Assembly: GCF_002571385.2 (NCBI RefSeq)
Contig: NW_019218509.1
Location: 1-64,000, forward strand
DNA length: 64,000 bases
Source: Stylophora pistillata
Lineage: Eukaryota
Direction: 5' to 3'
Under the pieces are notes generated by a model. The model had not been told where the DNA came from. It saw only the letters and a list, made by a program, of their open reading frames with translations, and did not search any database. Both the position numbers and the translations under genes were made by a program. Each line of letters opens with the position of its first letter. The stretch's first letter is position 1. Below are positions 61,841 through 64,000 of this stretch, one piece after another.

Positions 61841-63478
61841 ATGGATCGAAGAGACCAGTACAAAACTTCAGGTGTTAGTGTAGAGTCTCAGAGAAGCAAA
61901 AGGCGTGATCAGGAGGCAGGAATTCGGAAAGAGAAACGCGAAAAGTTGTTGAGTGCGAAACGAGTTCGTTTCTCTGAAGTTGAAAGTGATTGCGAAGTTG
62001 AAGACTTTACGACAGAACAAGTTCGAGAGTTAGCCAGGGCGATACAAAAATCAAACGAAATCAATCTGAAAAACCTGAAAAGTCTAAGAAAAGCGTTCGC
62101 ACAAGGCAGTGAACTGATAAACGTTTTTCTTGGTGTCGAAAACAGTATGAGGGCTTTGGTAGGACACTTGACCGGGAATAATTCACAGTTACAACATGAA
62201 GCTGCATGGTGCATAACAAACTTGGCAACAGGCGCTCATGAGGATACTATGAAAGTACTGAAAGCATCCGCTCCTTATCTTATCACATATCTTAGCGGAC
62301 AAAATGTGCAACTGCAAGATCAGTGTGCCTGGGCTTTAGGAAACTTTTCTGGCGATTCTCAGGAATGCAGGGACATTCTTCGGGCGCAGGGGATCATTGT
62401 TCCAATGGTTAATCTTTTAAAGGTATCGAAGCTGTATTTCTCTCATTAACCAGTCTAATTTCTTACTATCAAAGCACAACAAGACAAATTATTGTCAGAG
62501 CAAAAGATCTTAGACCACAGTGCAGGAATCCCTGATATGGGAGCAAGTAAAAAAGAGAGGGGGGGTTTGGGAGGAGGGCTGTTACTAATTTTAGGAATGA
62601 GAATAAATGTATCCAGTTACAAATTATTGTCAGAGCAAAAGATCTTAGACCACAATGCAGGAATCCCTGATATGGAAGCAAGTAAAAAAGAGGTGGGGGG
62701 GGATTGGAAGGAGGGCTGTTACTAATTTTAGGAATGAGAATAAATGTATTCAGTTACAAATTATTGTCAGAGCAAAAGATGTTAGACCACAATTCAGGAA
62801 TCCCTGATATGGGAGCAAGTAAAAAAGAGGGGGGGGAGGGTTGGGAGGAGGGCTGTTACTAATTTTAGGAATGAGAATAAATGTATCCAGTTACAAATTA
62901 TTGTCAGAGAAAAAGATCTTAGATCACAATGCAGGAATCCCTGATATGGGAGCAAGTGCAGAGATAGAACTCCCCTATGCTCTAGGCAGCAGTCATATTG
63001 AGAAACCCCATAAGCAGAAAAGAAGATAAGTTTAGACATAAAACGAAAGCTACCTCTTTCCACACCCCTGTCCTGTTCTGATTTACTGCCCTTGATGCAC
63101 AATTGATGTCTCACGCATAGGAGTCAAGGTTAAAGAGAGGCACTATCTCGCTGTTACGTTGTTAGCAAGTAGATTTTCCACCCAGTTAGGAAGGAGAGTA
63201 CCAGCATTTCAGCAATATTGATGTTGGAAAACCACAAGTGCCCAATAGTTGTCAAGGTTGAAGAGTCTAGGTCAAAGAGGGTTACTATCTAGCTGTTTTT
63301 AGCAAGTAGATTTTCCACCCAGGCAGGAAAGATAGTATCTTCATTTCAGCAGTATTGATGTAGGAAAACCAAAAGTGTCCAGTATTTTTATAATATTTAA
63401 AAAACATTACTGTTCTTATGTCTTAATAATCTGTTGTTAGGCGCATTGAGATTAGAAATGCCCTATAAGCATCTATTA

Positions 63479-63527
<49 letters not shown>

Positions 63528-63883
63528 TCTGTACTTTGTTAATGGCTTTTTTTCTCTTCTGTCCCAGTCACCAATATCCACCGTGGTGCAGTCGGCAGCA
63601 TTTGCTTTATCCAACCTTGCCAGGGGAGACCAGGTTGTAGCTGAAGAATTGTTACAAGCGGGAATAGTGCCTCTCATCACCAACCTGTTAACTCCAGGAA
63701 ACAGCTCCACTGATGTTGCTTCAGAAGTAGCTTGGGTACTGTCATACTTGACATCCAAACCTGTGTGTGTGCTGTCAATAGTATCAGGGGGAATTATTGA
63801 CATTCTCGTTCAGTTCTTGAGTTCACTGGCACAGCAAACCCAACTTGATAGCCAAGCTGTGACACCAATGTTACGAAGCTTAG
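61841..63883 (+). CDS. TMCO6: TMCO6-like importin-alpha/ARM-repeat protein, exons 1-2 (continues beyond the window)
   Basis: Exon 61841-62422 (IBB-like RRDQEAGIRKEKREKLLSAKR; HEAAWCITNL; QCAWALGN) and exon 63568-63883 (SPISTVVQSAAFALSNLARG..EVAWVLSYL); phase-0 GT-AG junction. Confidence 0.8.
62485..62957. repeat. ~136-bp tandem repeat, 3.5 copies, in TMCO6 intron 1
   Basis: caaattattgtcagag recurs at ~62485, 62620, 62757 and 62894. Confidence 0.95.
63476..63525. repeat. (ATT)n microsatellite
   Basis: Seen directly; also (AAT)n at ~61233-61268 and (AAC)n at ~13727-13752. Confidence 0.95.
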
Positions 63884-64000
63884 GTTAGCTTCATGTTTTT
63901 AATTTGTTGGCAACTACCAGTAATTATGTTGATGTTCAAAATGGATTATACAGTGTAGGGTCAAAAGTGATGTAGAGGAGAAGAAAGGTTTTAGAAGAAG

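Noticed and set aside
62485-62957. CRISPR-like array
   Set aside because: Whole ~136-bp units repeat with no unique spacers; eukaryotic intron with no cas genes

Overview
Eukaryotic, intron-containing, AT-rich animal DNA. The repeat families and gene content suggest a scleractinian coral (inference). Left half: six same-strand, intronless TRIM-NHL copies (RING, two B-boxes, coiled coil, filamin, NHL), each with at least one disabling lesion in this assembly. They are interleaved with the 3' end of a 16-exon POC1 centriolar gene (462 aa, ATG 44065, stop 20103). Three copies lie inside the 12.9-kb POC1 intron 14, and a decayed duplicate of the last two POC1 exons lies further left, so the array expanded as a TRIM + POC1-tail cassette. 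The copies vary most at predicted NHL top-face positions. They share a TTCCGAGAAACTGAA (GAS/ISRE-like) motif about 45 bp upstream of the ATG in four of six copies; it is degenerate in copy 6 and displaced by a solo LTR in copy 3. Between POC1 and TMCO6 I reconstructed a 10-exon gene that the ORF track shows only as fragments: a ~345-aa type I membrane protein with an atypical Ig V-like domain, a stalk of six symmetric phase-1 mini-exons, a TM helix and a short tail. Also present: three minimal hammerhead ribozyme motifs (two in Penelope-like remnants, one standalone), a rearranged Sola3-like transposon, a 640-bp TTAA-flanked palindrome, a solo LTR, MITEs, SINEs, LINE fragments and the first two TMCO6 exons. 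All gene models were made by eye; no database search was run.
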